Translations under genes and position numbers: made by a program
From: Clostridia bacterium
GTDB taxonomy: Bacteria; Bacillota; Clostridia; Oscillospirales; CAG-272
Reading direction: 5' to 3'
Length of the DNA stretch: 64,000 nt
NCBI GenBank assembly: GCA_017414385.1
Contig: JAFQMO010000154.1
Coordinates: forward strand, 6,005-70,004
Shown here: positions 17,141-27,503 of the stretch, piece after piece
How positions within the stretch are numbered: the stretch's first letter is position 1
Layout: each line of letters begins with the position of its first letter
The notes under the pieces: generated by a model
What the model was told of the DNA's origin: nothing
The model's input: only the letters and a program-made list of their open reading frames with translations
Databases searched by the model: none

Positions 17141-18841
17141 TCAATCGATGGTAGTATCGATCTGGAAGCGCTGGATCTTGCGCAGTGTGTTCTTGGGGAA
17201 CTCCTTGGATCTGACCTTGAAGATACGGATCTTCTTATAGGAGACCGCATTCTTATTGTATTCATCGATATAGGGCTTGAGATGCTCCTTGATGTCAACG
17301 ATGTTGTTCTTTTCAATGTAGTCCTTATCGGGATAGACCTCTGCAACGATCGCGTTATGCGACACGCCGCGCTTGCTCTGTCCCTCATAGACAACAATAT
17401 CGAGAATTCCGGGCGTTGCAATAAGCTCATTTTCGATCTCCTCGGGATAAACGTTCTTGCCGTTGGAGAGAATGATCAGATTCTTCTTTCTGCCTGTGAT
17501 GTAGAGGATGTTGTTCTTATCCAGCTTACCGTAGTCGCCGGTATGGAAGAAGCCCTCCTCATCAATGGCGGCAGCGGTCGCTGCTTCGTCACGGTAATAG
17601 CCGAGCATGACGTTGGGGCCCTTGACACAGATCTCACCCTCGCCGTCCTCATTGGGATCGTCGATGCGCACAGTGTCAATATCGAGGACCGTTCCGACAC
17701 TGCCGGGAACCACATGGCGCGTACGGTTGACGGCAATGATGGGGGCACATTCGGTAATACCGTATCCGTTCAGTGTCGAAATACCGATGGATTCAAAGAA
17801 ATTCAGAATATCGGGATTGATCGATGCGCCGCCGGAAATGATCATACGGATCTTGCCGCCGAATGCCTCACGTACGGAAGAAAACATTTTTGCGCGCAGA
17901 TCGATACCGATCTTACGAAGGCTGTTGCTCAATGCGATCATCTTATACAAAAGCGCTTCCTTGCCCTGATCCTTGACGGTTGCAAGGATCTTGCGGTAGA
18001 AGGTCTCCAGATACAGAGGGACCAAAACCATATGCTCGGGCTTCTGCTCCTTCAGTTCACGCTGGACATAGCGCAGCCCGGAGGAGATATAGATCTCCGC
18101 ACCGATGATCGCATGACCGATCATCATCACAGAGGAGCCGTAGGTATGATGGGGCGGCAGAACACCGACGGTCTTGATACCGAAATCCACGTAAGGAATG
18201 ACATCGCAAAGATCGGAAAGCACCGCGCTCTGAGAGAGCATAACACCCTTGCCCTTGCCCGTTGTTCCGGAGGTAAACACCAGCAGCGCCATCACAAAGG
18301 GATCGATCTCCTCGCCGAAATACGAATCGGGACCTGCTGCAAACAGCTCTCTGCCCGCCTCGACAAGCGCCAAAAGTCCATCCTCCCGCTCCGCCGATGC
18401 GCCAAGCATCACCGGTGCGTGCAGAAGGTCACAGTGCTCCACAATGGCACCGCTCTTTGCGCCGAGCGTATCCTCAATGAACAAAAATTCCGCACCCGCA
18501 TTCTTTGCGGTATCCGCAAGATCCGCAGGCTGCCACTCAGGGTCCAGAGGAACCAATACACCGCCGATGGAAAGCACGGAAAAATAGGTCAGCACCCATT
18601 CGTAGCTGAACTTGCCGACAATGACACAGTGCCGATGTGCACAGCCCATTTTCATCAGCGAGGAGGCCAGCGCACGGACATCGTCGCGCAGCTGTGCGAA
18701 GGTGATCCTTTCGATCGCCTCGTCGTGTGCGTTTTTGCGGTAGGAATAAGCATACCGTTCACCGTATTCCTCTCCCGCCCACTCTATCAGCGCACGGACA
18801 TCGGTGAATTCTCTTTTTGGGTGAAGCTGTTCTTTTCTCAT
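17141..18841 (-). CDS. AMP-dependent acyl-CoA synthetase/ligase (long-chain-fatty-acid-CoA ligase-like)
   Basis: Track ORF 17141..18865(-). AMP-binding motifs LVFTSGTTGKGKGV, GYGITE, TGDYGKLD. Start at 18841 (MRKEQL, GAGAGG upstream) or 18865. Confidence 0.9.
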   Translation of the reverse strand: MRKEQLHPKREFTDVRALIEWAGEEYGERYAYSYRKNAHDEAIERITFAQLRDDVRALASSLMKMGCAHRHCVIVGKFSYEWVLTYFSVLSIGGVLVPLDPEWQPADLADTAKNAGAEFLFIEDTLGAKSGAIVEHCDLLHAPVMLGASAEREDGLLALVEAGRELFAAGPDSYFGEEIDPFVMALLVFTSGTTGKGKGVMLSQSAVLSDLCDVIPYVDFGIKTVGVLPPHHTYGSSVMMIGHAIIGAEIYISSGLRYVQRELKEQKPEHMVLVPLYLETFYRKILATVKDQGKEALLYKMIALSNSLRKIGIDLRAKMFSSVREAFGGKIRMIISGGASINPDILNFFESIGISTLNGYGITECAPIIAVNRTRHVVPGSVGTVLDIDTVRIDDPNEDGEGEICVKGPNVMLGYYRDEAATAAAIDEEGFFHTGDYGKLDKNNILYITGRKKNLIILSNGKNVYPEEIENELIATPGILDIVVYEGQSKRGVSHNAIVAEVYPDKDYIEKNNIVDIKEHLKPYIDEYNKNAVSYKKIRIFKVRSKEFPKNTLRKIQRFQIDTTID

Positions 18842-18886
18842 ATCAAGAAAACCTCTCATCATCATAGTTTCTTATTTTGGGAAATA

Positions 18887-19498
18887 TCAGACAGTCGCAC
18901 GGATCTTCATTCCGTCCAGCAGGATGCCGAAGCTGTATCGGAAATTCTGTACCGCCTCATCACGCGGGATCTGCCGCGCAACGGCATCGGCATTGTAGCC
19001 GCGGCAGAAGCACCAGATCGCATAGCTCATGACATCGGAATCGATGTCTGTGCGGATCAGAGCATGTGCCTTCGCATACTCCACAAGCTTACGGATCTCT
19101 CTCTTCCACCATTCATAATTGTTCTCCGACAGCGAATCGTTTTCAAATACGTACTGATTGAAGTGCATCTTGAGATCATAGGACAACAGCAGGGTATTGA
19201 CCACAACATCCGTTACCTGTGCGAAAAAGTCACGGCTTGCATCCACTGCAGACACCAGACTCTCCCTGATCTTCATCGCAATGTTCCGATATACGATCTC
19301 CAATACCTCCTCGATATTGCGGAAACGGTTATAGAACACGCGGTTTGTGATCTCCAGGCGGCACAGGATCTTGCGTACGGTCAATGTATTCGCGCCCTCC
19401 GCCGTTACCAGATATTCGGCTGTGTCGATGATCTTCTGCGACATCTCGTCCTTGATCCGTTCTTTTTGGTTATCATATTCCATCGTTTCTGTACTCAT
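18887..19498 (-). CDS. TetR/AcrR-family transcriptional regulator
   Basis: Track ORF 18887..19546(-), whose first codon is TTG. TetR HTH region (IIDTAEYLVTAEGANTLTVRKILCRLEITNRVFYNRFRNIEEV). First ATG is at 19498; the exact start is uncertain (GTG 19522 also follows AAAGGAAAG). Confidence 0.85.
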   Translation of the reverse strand: MSTETMEYDNQKERIKDEMSQKIIDTAEYLVTAEGANTLTVRKILCRLEITNRVFYNRFRNIEEVLEIVYRNIAMKIRESLVSAVDASRDFFAQVTDVVVNTLLLSYDLKMHFNQYVFENDSLSENNYEWWKREIRKLVEYAKAHALIRTDIDSDVMSYAIWCFCRGYNADAVARQIPRDEAVQNFRYSFGILLDGMKIRATV

Positions 19499-19559
19499 AC
19501 AAAAACGGAGCGCATCACGCACCGTTTTCGTTCTTTCCTTTGACAATTTGCATATTGTT

Positions 19560-19576
19560 CAGCACACTGTGTGCTG
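19560..19576. promoter_or_regulatory. 17-bp perfect palindrome, candidate TetR operator
   Basis: CAGCACAC-T-GTGTGCTG lies immediately downstream of the -10 box of the tetR promoter. Confidence 0.55.
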
Positions 19577-19585
19577 CACGGTGAT

Positions 19586-19614
19586 ATTATACCATATCCC
19601 ATCCCGTTTGTCAA
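19586..19614 (-). promoter_or_regulatory. consensus promoter TTGACA-17-TATAAT for tetR / acyl-CoA ligase
   Basis: Reverse strand: TTGACA (19609-19614), 17-nt spacer ending TGG, TATAAT (19586-19591). Confidence 0.65.
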
Positions 19615-19737
19615 TCGGTTTTCACAAGTTTTTTGTGTACGCTCCGATCCTGAGAGAACGTGCCTCCGATAACAGGCAACGGAGGCACATTCCATTTATT
19701 TCCATTTATTTCCATACAAAGCGCACGTCTGCGCCGA

Positions 19738-21792
19738 TCATCTCTTTTTCGTTCCCTTTTTGGGCGGCTTTGCCTTTGCCCATCCCTTTTTGGACACAGA
19801 AGCCGTGCTTCTTTTTGCCGTATTCGCGGCTTTATCCGTATGTGCGGTGCCGCTGCGGCTCTGCTTTGCGCCAAGGCTTCTGTCGTCGGCACGTCTGCTG
19901 CCGTCTGCGCCGCGCTTTTTGCCTGCAGGGACACGTGTCCCGCCTCGGCTGCCTCTTCCCTGTCCCTGTGCGCCGCTCTCGGGACGTACAAGACATTCGG
20001 GTCCGTAGCCGATCAGGTCCCCTCTGCCGCATTTTTTCAGCGCACGGCGCACCGTATCCGCATTTTCCGGCTTTTTGAACTGCAGGAGTGCACGCTGCAT
20101 CTGCTTTTCCTCATAATCCGTCGGAACAAATACCTCCTTCATGGTAAAGGGATCGATGCCCGTATAGAACATGACCGTCGATGCCGTTCCGGGTGTCGGA
20201 TAGAAATCCTGCACCTGCTCGGGGGAATAGTTCCATTTTTTCAGGTAGCACGCAAGCTCCACCGCATCCGCAAGGGTGCTTGCGGGATGCGACGACATCA
20301 GATACGGCACAAGATACTGCTCCTTGCCGCACGCCGCAGACAGCGCAAAATAGCGCGAACGGAAGCGTTCAAAGACCTCGATGTCGGGCTTTCCCATCTT
20401 ACGCAGAACGGCAGGCGAGCAATGCTCGGGCGCGACCTTGAGCTGTCCGCTGACATGATCCCGCACCAGCTTTTCAAAAAACGCATCGCCCGTTTTTTTA
20501 TCCGCAAGCAGGTAATCAAAGCGGATGCCCGATCGGATGAACACGCGCTTGACGCGCGGCAGCTGCTCGATTCGGGAAAGCAGCTCGATGTATTCGCTGT
20601 GGTCGGTGATCAGATTTTTGCATGGCGTGGGTGCCAGACACTTTCTGTTCTTGCAGACACCCTCCGTCAGCTGCTTTTCGCAGGCAGGTCCGCGGAAATT
20701 CGCCGTCGGTCCGCCAACATCATGGATATAGCCCTTGAATCCGGGCAGCTCCGTGATCTTTTTGGCCTCCTCGACCACGCTTTCGATGCTTCGGCTGCGC
20801 ACAGTCCTTCCCTGATGGAAGGCAAGCGCGCAGAAATTGCATCCGCCAAAGCATCCGCGGTTATGCGTAAGCGAAAACTGCACCTCTGCGATGGCGGGGA
20901 CACCGCCCTCCTTTTCGTAGACAGGGTGATATGTCCTTGCATATGGCAGCGAATAGACCCAATCGAGCATCGGCCGCTCCAGCGGCGGCATCGGCGGGTT
21001 CTGCACGAGCATTTTGTCGTCGTAGTATTCCACGATCGCATCTCCGACACACGCATCCTGATTGCGGTACTGCTCGGCAAAGGCCTCGGCATACAGTCGG
21101 CGGTCGGTCTTGAGATCGTTGTAATCCCAATGGCCGACGGTGGGGAAATGCACCGCCTCATCGCGTCGGCAAAGATAGACGGTCCCGCGCACGTCGCGGA
21201 TCTTTTTGATCGGGATACCGCGGGAGAGCAGATCTGCCAGACGGATGAGGATCGCCTCCCCCATACCGTAGGTCAGAATATCCGCGCGGGAGTCCACAAG
21301 GATACTGCGCCGCACCTTATCGTCCCAATAATCATAATGGGCAAAGCGGCGCAGGGACGCCTCCAGCCCCCCGAGGATGATCGGCACATCTCCGTACGCC
21401 TGACGGATCCGGTTACAGTACACGATCACGGCGCGGTCGGGGCGCCGTCCCATCTTACCGCCCGGAGAATAATAGTCATAGCTGCGCCGGCGCTTGGCAG
21501 CGGTATAATGCGCGACCATGGAATCGATATTTCCCGCGGAAACGAGAAAGCCCAGACGCGGACGTCCGAAGCGCATAAAGTCCGTATGCGAGGTGTAATC
21601 GGGCTGACACAGCATCGCAACGCGATAGCCCTTCGCCTCGAGCACACGGGAAATGATCGATGCACCAAACGACGGATGATCGACATATGCATCCCCGCAT
21701 ACATAAACAAAATCGGGAGCATCCCAGCCTCGCTGCTCCATCTCCTCTTTCGTGATGGGAAGAAATGCGCCCGTTTGATCGGTTTGTGCCAT
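19738..21792 (-). CDS. ygiQ: YgiQ-family radical SAM protein (UPF0313)
   Basis: Track ORF 19738..21858(-). Start at ATG 21792 (MAQTDQTGAFLPITKEEM), AAAGGAGG upstream. Radical SAM CFGGCNFC motif. Lys/Arg-rich C-terminal tail. Confidence 0.92.
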   Translation of the reverse strand: MAQTDQTGAFLPITKEEMEQRGWDAPDFVYVCGDAYVDHPSFGASIISRVLEAKGYRVAMLCQPDYTSHTDFMRFGRPRLGFLVSAGNIDSMVAHYTAAKRRRSYDYYSPGGKMGRRPDRAVIVYCNRIRQAYGDVPIILGGLEASLRRFAHYDYWDDKVRRSILVDSRADILTYGMGEAILIRLADLLSRGIPIKKIRDVRGTVYLCRRDEAVHFPTVGHWDYNDLKTDRRLYAEAFAEQYRNQDACVGDAIVEYYDDKMLVQNPPMPPLERPMLDWVYSLPYARTYHPVYEKEGGVPAIAEVQFSLTHNRGCFGGCNFCALAFHQGRTVRSRSIESVVEEAKKITELPGFKGYIHDVGGPTANFRGPACEKQLTEGVCKNRKCLAPTPCKNLITDHSEYIELLSRIEQLPRVKRVFIRSGIRFDYLLADKKTGDAFFEKLVRDHVSGQLKVAPEHCSPAVLRKMGKPDIEVFERFRSRYFALSAACGKEQYLVPYLMSSHPASTLADAVELACYLKKWNYSPEQVQDFYPTPGTASTVMFYTGIDPFTMKEVFVPTDYEEKQMQRALLQFKKPENADTVRRALKKCGRGDLIGYGPECLVRPESGAQGQGRGSRGGTRVPAGKKRGADGSRRADDRSLGAKQSRSGTAHTDKAANTAKRSTASVSKKGWAKAKPPKKGTKKR

Positions 21793-21827
21793 TCGATATG
21801 CCTCCTTTGACAGCATTTTCGGAAATC

Positions 21828-21872
21828 GGAAAACGGTAAAACGGGGTGCCGCACGCATGTGCGGTACCCCGT
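21828..21872 (-). terminator. intrinsic terminator after infB
   Basis: 14-bp stem acggggtRccgcac / gtgcggtaccccgt (21841-21854 / 21859-21872), followed on the minus strand by TTTTACCGTTTT. Confidence 0.8.
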
Positions 21873-21939
21873 GATCAGTCCGTTCTTTTGCAGGACAGAG
21901 AGCAGCTCCGTCTCTCCAAGAAGGTCAAGACCGCAGATC

Positions 21940-24930
21940 TTAACCTCTCTTGACCTCCTCCATAATGAAGGCCTCGAGAATATCGCCTTCCTTGATATCG
22001 TTGAAGCGATCCAATCCGATACCGCATTCGTATCCCTGAACGACTTCCTTTGCATCGTCCTTGAAGCGCTTGAGGGACTTGATGGAGTCCTCAAAGATCA
22101 CGATACCGTCACGGACGATACGGATCTTGGACTGTCTTGTGACCTTACCGTCCAGAATGTAGGAGCCTGCGATGGTTCCGACATTGGGAACGTGAATGGT
22201 CTGTCTGACCTCTGCGTGTCCGAGCAGTGCCTCGCGGAATTCGGGCGCAAGCATACCCTTCATGGCAGCCTCGATCTCCTCGATACACTCATAAATGATA
22301 CGGTAGGTACGGATATCGACATTCTGTGCCGCAGCCGAGTCGAGCGCGCTCTTATCGGGACGGACGGAGAAGCCGATGATAATGGCATTGGATGCGGATG
22401 CAAGCATAACGTCGTTTTCGGTGATACCGCCGACTGCGGTATGGATGACATTGACCTTGACCTCATCATTGGAAAGCTTGATCAGAGATGCCTTGACTGC
22501 CTCCACAGAGCCGGCAACGTCTGCCTTGATGATCACATTGAGATCCTTGACACCCTCCTTGATCTGTGCAAACAGATCGTCGAGATTCGCTCTTGCGCTC
22601 GCCTTGAAGGTCTCCTCCTTCTGCTGATCGCGGCGCTGCTCTGCAAGCTCACGCGCCATACGCTCATCGGAAACAACAGCGAACTCGTCACCTGCCTGCG
22701 GGATCTCCGCAAGACCTGTGATCTCAACGGGAACAGAGGGACCTGCCTCCTTGATGGTGCGTCCCTTATCATTGACCATGGCACGGACGTGACCGACAGC
22801 TGTACCTGCGATCAGGACATCGCCTGCATGCAGAGTACCTGTCTGGATGAGCAGTGTCGCAACGGGGCCGCGGCCGCGGTCGAGCTTGGACTCGAGGACC
22901 AGACCCTTTGCACGGCGGTTGGGATTGGCCTTGAGCTCCTTCATTTCCGCGACGAGCAGGACCATCTCAAGCAGGTCCTCAATACCCTTGCGTGTCAGTG
23001 CGGAAACGGGAACACAGATGGTATCTCCGCCCCAATCCTCGGGCACGAGATCGTATGCGGTCAGGCTCTGCTTGACCATATCGGGGTTCGCCTGCGGCTT
23101 ATCCATCTTGTTGATGGCAACGATGATCGGGATATTTGCCGCCTTTGCGTGGTTGATGGCTTCCACGGTCTGCGGCATGATACCGTCATCTGCCGCAACG
23201 ACGAGGATCGCAATGTCTGTCGATTTTGCACCGCGTGCACGCATTGCCGTGAACGCCTCATGTCCGGGCGTATCGAGGAAGGTGATGTCTCTGTCGTTGA
23301 TGCGCACACGGTACGCACCGATCGCCTGCGTGATACCGCCTGCCTCGCCTGCCGTGACGTTGGTATCACGGATGGCATCGAGCAGAGAGGTCTTACCGTG
23401 GTCAACGTGTCCCATGACACAGACAACGGGTGCGCGGATGATCATATCCTCTTCCTTATCCTCTTCCTCAACAAAGAGCTTTTCTTCGATGGTCACAACG
23501 ACTTCCTTTGTGACATTCGCGCCGAATTCGTCTGCAATGAGCGCCGCCGTATCAAAGTCGATGACCTGGTTGACGCTCGCCATGATGCCGAGCAGCATCA
23601 GCTTCTTGACGATCTCTGCGTTGGTAACGTGCAGGAGGGCCGCAAGCTCGTTGACCTGCAGTGCCTCGGGGATGGTGACGTTGAGCGGCTGTGCCTTCGC
23701 CTTCTGTGCCGCCTCACGGCGCATCTTCTCCATTGCCTCGCGCTCCTTATCGCCGCCGCGGCGCTTCTTATCGTAGGGAGTGCGGGCATTGTTGTTCTGC
23801 TTCTTCAGCTTCTGCTTTGTACCGGAGAAGTTCTTTGCTGCATCCGGCACCAGCGTATCGAGCTTTTCATCGTATTTGGACAGATCGACTGCGCTGTCTG
23901 CGCCGCGTGTATCGACGACACGGGTAGAGCCGCCTGTCGCTGTGGGCTTGGTATAAGAGGTCGCCTTGGGCTGCTCGGGCTTGGGCGCTGCCGCACGGAA
24001 TGCGGGACGTCCGCCGCCCTCCTTGGGATCTCTGTCCTCCATTGCGCCAAAGCCGCGGGAGCCGCCTCTGTTATCGCGCTGGAAGCGGTTATCGCCGCCC
24101 TTGTTATCGCGATTCTGGTATCCGCCCTGCTGTGTCGGACGGTTGTTGTCGCGATTCTGGTAGCCGCCCTGCTGTGCCGGACGGTTGTTGTCGCGGTTCT
24201 GGTAGCCGCCCTGCTGTGCCGGACGGTTGTTGTCGCGGTTCTGGTAGCCGCCCTGCTGTGCGGGACGGTTGTTGTCGCGGTTCTGGTAGCCGCCCTGCTG
24301 TGCCGGACGGTTGTTGTCGCGGTTCTGATAGCCGCCCTGCTGTGCGGGACGGTTGTTATCGCGGCTCTGTGCGTTCTGCGGCTTCTGATTGGTATTGGGA
24401 CGGAACTGTACCGGCTGCTTTTGTGCTTCAGCCTTGGGTGCATCTGCCTTGGGTGCATCTGCCTTGGGCGCTTCGGCCTTGGGTGCATCTGCCTTGGGTG
24501 CATCTGCCTTGGGCGCTTCAGCCTTGGGCGCTTCTGCCTTGGGTGCTTCAGCCTTCGGCGCTTCTGCCTTGGGCGCTTCTGCCTTCGGCGCTTCTGCCTT
24601 CGGCGCTTCTGCCTTCGGCGCTTCGGTCTTAGGTGCTTCGGTCTTGGGTGCATCGACCTTGGTATCCTCTTTCTTCGGCGCAGACTTCTTTTCTGCGCGC
24701 GGAATGTCTACCTCTCCCGAAAGATACTGTGTCATATTGGTGATCTGATTGTCATGCGTCAATCCTTCGATCACAATACCGTATTCATCCGGTGTCAACG
24801 TCGCGGTATTCTTCTTTCCTGTGATACCCTTCGCTTCCAGAATATCAATGATGGTCTTGCTCTTTACACCAAAATCTTTTGCCATATTGCTGATACGGCT
24901 GTTGGGGGAATTTATCATGTATTGTATCAT
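21940..24930 (-). CDS. infB: translation initiation factor IF-2
   Basis: Track ORF 21940..24948(-), whose first codon is TTG. GTPase motifs [27 protein letters not shown] 24930 overlaps the ylxQ stop (ATGA); ATG 24918 is an alternative. N-terminal repeat-rich region. Confidence 0.97.
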   Translation of the reverse strand: MIQYMINSPNSRISNMAKDFGVKSKTIIDILEAKGITGKKNTATLTPDEYGIVIEGLTHDNQITNMTQYLSGEVDIPRAEKKSAPKKEDTKVDAPKTEAPKTEAPKAEAPKAEAPKAEAPKAEAPKAEAPKAEAPKAEAPKADAPKADAPKAEAPKADAPKADAPKAEAQKQPVQFRPNTNQKPQNAQSRDNNRPAQQGGYQNRDNNRPAQQGGYQNRDNNRPAQQGGYQNRDNNRPAQQGGYQNRDNNRPAQQGGYQNRDNNRPTQQGGYQNRDNKGGDNRFQRDNRGGSRGFGAMEDRDPKEGGGRPAFRAAAPKPEQPKATSYTKPTATGGSTRVVDTRGADSAVDLSKYDEKLDTLVPDAAKNFSGTKQKLKKQNNNARTPYDKKRRGGDKEREAMEKMRREAAQKAKAQPLNVTIPEALQVNELAALLHVTNAEIVKKLMLLGIMASVNQVIDFDTAALIADEFGANVTKEVVVTIEEKLFVEEEDKEEDMIIRAPVVCVMGHVDHGKTSLLDAIRDTNVTAGEAGGITQAIGAYRVRINDRDITFLDTPGHEAFTAMRARGAKSTDIAILVVAADDGIMPQTVEAINHAKAANIPIIVAINKMDKPQANPDMVKQSLTAYDLVPEDWGGDTICVPVSALTRKGIEDLLEMVLLVAEMKELKANPNRRAKGLVLESKLDRGRGPVATLLIQTGTLHAGDVLIAGTAVGHVRAMVNDKGRTIKEAGPSVPVEITGLAEIPQAGDEFAVVSDERMARELAEQRRDQQKEETFKASARANLDDLFAQIKEGVKDLNVIIKADVAGSVEAVKASLIKLSNDEVKVNVIHTAVGGITENDVMLASASNAIIIGFSVRPDKSALDSAAAQNVDIRTYRIIYECIEEIEAAMKGMLAPEFREALLGHAEVRQTIHVPNVGTIAGSYILDGKVTRQSKIRIVRDGIVIFEDSIKSLKRFKDDAKEVVQGYECGIGLDRFNDIKEGDILEAFIMEEVKRG
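24101..24366. repeat. 42-bp tandem repeat, about 6.3 copies, inside infB (encodes [14 protein letters not shown] units)
   Basis: Near-identical 42-nt units begin at 24101, 24143, 24185, 24227, 24269 and 24311. They are in frame with IF-2. Confidence 0.9.
24431..24655. repeat. 15-bp tandem repeat, 15 copies, inside infB (encodes K-A/T-E/D-A-P pentapeptides)
   Basis: gccttgggtgcatct-type units repeat head to tail from 24431 to 24655. They are in frame with IF-2. Confidence 0.9.
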
Positions 24931-25373
24931 TCCTTTCGTGGTAAACAATCATCAGAATTGGGAAGTAACTTCTTTAACGCCTCGGCCAGCCCCATATCCG
25001 TTATGCCGACCGCTGCCGTGATCCCTGCACGTCCGATCGCCGAGCCGAGCTCTGCGCCCGTCAATGCAGTCGGATATAGGGGGATCTCATAGTATGTGCA
25101 GCAGTTTCCTACACGCTTTTTTGTATTCTCGGAGGCATCACAGGCAAGGAACACCGCACACGGACATCCCTTTGCACGCCCTGCGCGGATGGCATCCGTC
25201 ACAAGGTTGGTCCCCGCGACCACGCGTCCTCCCTTTTTGGCGATCCCCAAAAGTCCCGCAAGCTTTTTCCTTTGCTGCAGCTGTGCAAGCAGCATCTCTG
25301 CTTCCTTTGGGTCATCCGGGATCTGCGGCAGCTGCCGCTCCTTTGCCGGGCACATCTCTTCTTTATCCTTCAT
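24927..25373 (-). CDS. ylxQ: L7Ae/L30e-family RNA-binding protein YlxQ
   Basis: Full [30 protein letters not shown]...[14 protein letters not shown] core. Canonical position between ylxR and infB. Confidence 0.85.
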   Translation of the reverse strand: MKDKEEMCPAKERQLPQIPDDPKEAEMLLAQLQQRKKLAGLLGIAKKGGRVVAGTNLVTDAIRAGRAKGCPCAVFLACDASENTKKRVGNCCTYYEIPLYPTALTGAELGSAIGRAGITAAVGITDMGLAEALKKLLPNSDDCLPRKE

Positions 25374-25659
25374 GGTCCTGCATCAGCTCCTTCCCGATCG
25401 CATCGATCACGCTGTCAGGGATCTCGCAGGAAAGCGCCGTCTGCAGTCTGCGCGCACGGTGTGCCTTTGCAAAGCACGTGCTGCTGCGGCAGAGATAAGC
25501 GCCCCTCCCGGATTTCTTTCCCGTTCGGTCAATGAGGATCTCTCCCTCCGGCGTCCGCAGAATGCGGACAAGCTCGCTTTTGCTTCGTCTTTCGTTACAG
25601 CCCACGCATTTGCGCTCGGGCATTTTCTTCTTTGTTTTTTCCTTCGGTGCATTGGACAT
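25363..25659 (-). CDS. ylxR: YlxR/RnpM (DUF448) RNA-binding protein
   Basis: Track ORF 25363..25668(-), whose first codon is GTG. ATG 25659 has GGGGAGG 8 nt upstream. RKCVGC...GRGAYLC motif. Confidence 0.88.
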   Translation of the reverse strand: MSNAPKEKTKKKMPERKCVGCNERRSKSELVRILRTPEGEILIDRTGKKSGRGAYLCRSSTCFAKAHRARRLQTALSCEIPDSVIDAIGKELMQDHEG

Positions 25660-25678
25660 TGCGGACACCTCCCCGGAA

Positions 25679-26707
25679 TCAGTTTGTTTTGATATCGATC
25701 TTATAGCCTGTCAGTCTTGCGGCAAGACGCGCGTTCTGACCCTCCTTACCGATGGCAAGGGAAAGCTGATCGGGTGCGACAATGACGCGGGCGGAGTGCT
25801 CATCCTCGGCGATCTCCACATCCAGGACAACTGCGGGAGAAAGTGCTGCGCGGATAAACTCCGCAGGATCCTCGGAATACTTGACGATATCGATCCGCTC
25901 TCCGCCAAGCTCCTCAACGATGCGGTTGATACGCATTCCCTTATTACCGATACAGGCACCGATCGGATCGACGTTGTCGTCCTTGGAGTAGACTGCCATC
26001 TTGGAGCGGGAGCCCGCCTCACGGATCACACCGTGAATGACGACCATACCGTCCTGGATCTCGGGAACCTCAAGCTCAAAGAGCCGTCTGACAAGACCGG
26101 GGTGGATACGGGACAGGGTGACAAGGGGTCCGCGTGTTTCCTTCTTGACCTCTGTGACCAGCACCTTGATGCGGCTGTCGGGCGTATAGACTTCGCCCGG
26201 GATCTGCTCGGATGCGAGCAGCGTCGCATGGCTTGTGCCCGTATCGACGATGACGTTTCCTGTGTTTGCATCCACACGCTCAACGACCGCTGTGATGATC
26301 TCATCCTGCTTGCTTTCATATTCCTTGATCATCATGCCTCTCTCCGCCTCGCGGATACCCTGAATGATGACCTGCTTTGCTGTCTGTGCGGAGATACGGC
26401 CAAAGGCCTTGGTCTTGATCTCAAACTCGCAGATGTCGCCGATGTTCAGTCTCTTGGAGCGCATGGCGCGTGCATCGGCAAGCGTGATCTCTGTTGCGGG
26501 GTCCGAAACCTCCTCAACAACATTCTTCTGCTCGTATACACGAACCTCTTTTTTGTTCTCATCAATGAAGATACGCACATTCGTTCCGCCGTATTCACGC
26601 TTGAATGCAGTCAGGAGTGCGTTCTCCACCTTTCCGATCATGTATTCCTTGGGAATTCCCTTTTCCTTTTCGAGAAGGTCCAGTGCCTCGAAAAATTCCT
26701 TGTTCAT
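25679..26707 (-). CDS. nusA: transcription termination/antitermination factor NusA
   Basis: Track ORF 25679..26797(-). Start at ATG 26707 (MNKEFFEALDLLEKEKGIPKEY), AAGGAGGAAG upstream. S1 and KH regions (ACIGNKGMRINRIVEELGGERIDIV). Confidence 0.97.
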   Translation of the reverse strand: MNKEFFEALDLLEKEKGIPKEYMIGKVENALLTAFKREYGGTNVRIFIDENKKEVRVYEQKNVVEEVSDPATEITLADARAMRSKRLNIGDICEFEIKTKAFGRISAQTAKQVIIQGIREAERGMMIKEYESKQDEIITAVVERVDANTGNVIVDTGTSHATLLASEQIPGEVYTPDSRIKVLVTEVKKETRGPLVTLSRIHPGLVRRLFELEVPEIQDGMVVIHGVIREAGSRSKMAVYSKDDNVDPIGACIGNKGMRINRIVEELGGERIDIVKYSEDPAEFIRAALSPAVVLDVEIAEDEHSARVIVAPDQLSLAIGKEGQNARLAARLTGYKIDIKTN

Positions 26708-26814
26708 TTGCTTGCTCTTCCTCCTTATTCTTATCACCGTACGTTTCTTTTCCGGCGCAGATGCACCGATGTGCGGCGTACAGCCTGCTCCGCACACAAA
26801 ATACCAAGCTCCAA

Positions 26815-27324
26815 TTAAAAATCAAACGCCGTGCGTACCGATGCCGCCTTTGCACGCGGGATCGTATGACAGATGCCGTCTGTCTCCGTACCGATGCGCA
26901 GGGTCAGCATATCCTCCTCCTCGTCGTATCCGACGAGAATACCGCGTACCTGCTTGACACCGCCAAGCTCCTGCATCGGCGCATACAGCTTGACGACAAT
27001 GTCACAGCCAACACACGCCGTAAAGTGCCACGGATATTTGACGACCCGTTCAATGCCGGGCGAGGATACCTCCAGATGGTACGCCTGCTCGATGGGATCC
27101 GCCTCATCCAGCGGTGCATCGATGGCGCGGTGCAGACGCTCGCAGTCATCAATGGAGATGCCCTCCTCGGCGTCAATGGTGATGCGCAGATACCATTCTG
27201 CGCCCTCTCTCACAAATTCCACATCCCAGACAAGATATCCCAGCTCCTCTGCGATGGGGGCAACAAGCTCCCAAACGACACCGGCAACATTGCGGATATT
27301 GCGGGATCTGTTTTCATTGGCCAT
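26815..27324 (-). CDS. rimP: ribosome maturation factor RimP
   Basis: Track ORF 26815..27402(-). Start at ATG 27324 (MANENRSRNIRNVAG). YHLEVSSPGIERV motif. Confidence 0.92.
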   Translation of the reverse strand: MANENRSRNIRNVAGVVWELVAPIAEELGYLVWDVEFVREGAEWYLRITIDAEEGISIDDCERLHRAIDAPLDEADPIEQAYHLEVSSPGIERVVKYPWHFTACVGCDIVVKLYAPMQELGGVKQVRGILVGYDEEEDMLTLRIGTETDGICHTIPRAKAASVRTAFDF

Positions 27325-27444
27325 GGTTCCAAACCGTTCCTTTTTGTTATTTCGTTTTGCTTGCTTTTCTTTTCTTGCGCATCCGACACGCGGATGCCGC
27401 ACACAGATGCACAGCCCCGCGGTACACGCGCGGCTTGCTTTTTT

Positions 27445-27478
27445 ACATAAAAAGAGAGCAGGTGTCTGACCTACTCTC
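27445..27478 (-). terminator. leader terminator/attenuator upstream of rimP-nusA
   Basis: Reverse strand GAGAGTAGGT-cagac-ACCTGCTCTC (10-bp stem with one G-U pair) followed by TTTTTAT. It lies between the promoter (27504-27532) and rimP. Confidence 0.6.
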
Positions 27479-27503
27479 CTTTATCTTCATATTCATTATG
27501 GTA

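Noticed and set aside
16718-19543. 941-aa plus-strand ORF
   Set aside because: It is antisense to the acyl-CoA ligase and TetR genes, both of which have clear family motifs. The composition is Asp/Leu/Ile/Cys/Arg-biased and no domain is recognisable.
19690-19715. Direct repeat ttccatttat x2 downstream of ygiQ
   Set aside because: It is only two short AT-rich copies next to a GC hairpin (gtgcctccg...cggaggcac). No function can be inferred from it.
19660-21810. 716-aa plus-strand ORF
   Set aside because: It is antisense to the YgiQ radical SAM gene. It is Arg/His-rich with no motifs and no RBS.
21859-25092. 1077-aa plus-strand ORF covering the whole infB locus
   Set aside because: It is antisense to an unmistakable IF-2. 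The product is low-complexity (LLCRTVVVA and CLGRF repeats that mirror the infB tandem repeats), Cys/Leu/Arg/Asp-rich, with no RBS. This is a typical high-GC shadow ORF.
25532-26818. 428-aa plus-strand ORF; the same judgement applies to 27940..28965(-), 30049..31287(-), 31650..32774(-), 34675..35751(-), 50818..51648(-), 56350..57153(+), 58853..59653(+) and 60410..61903(+)
   Set aside because: Each lies fully antisense to a gene with strong family signatures (nusA, ABC ATPase, gldG-like, DUF4340-like, oxidoreductase, nrnA, stp, rsmB, fmt/def). Each has an Asp/Arg/Cys/Leu-skewed composition.
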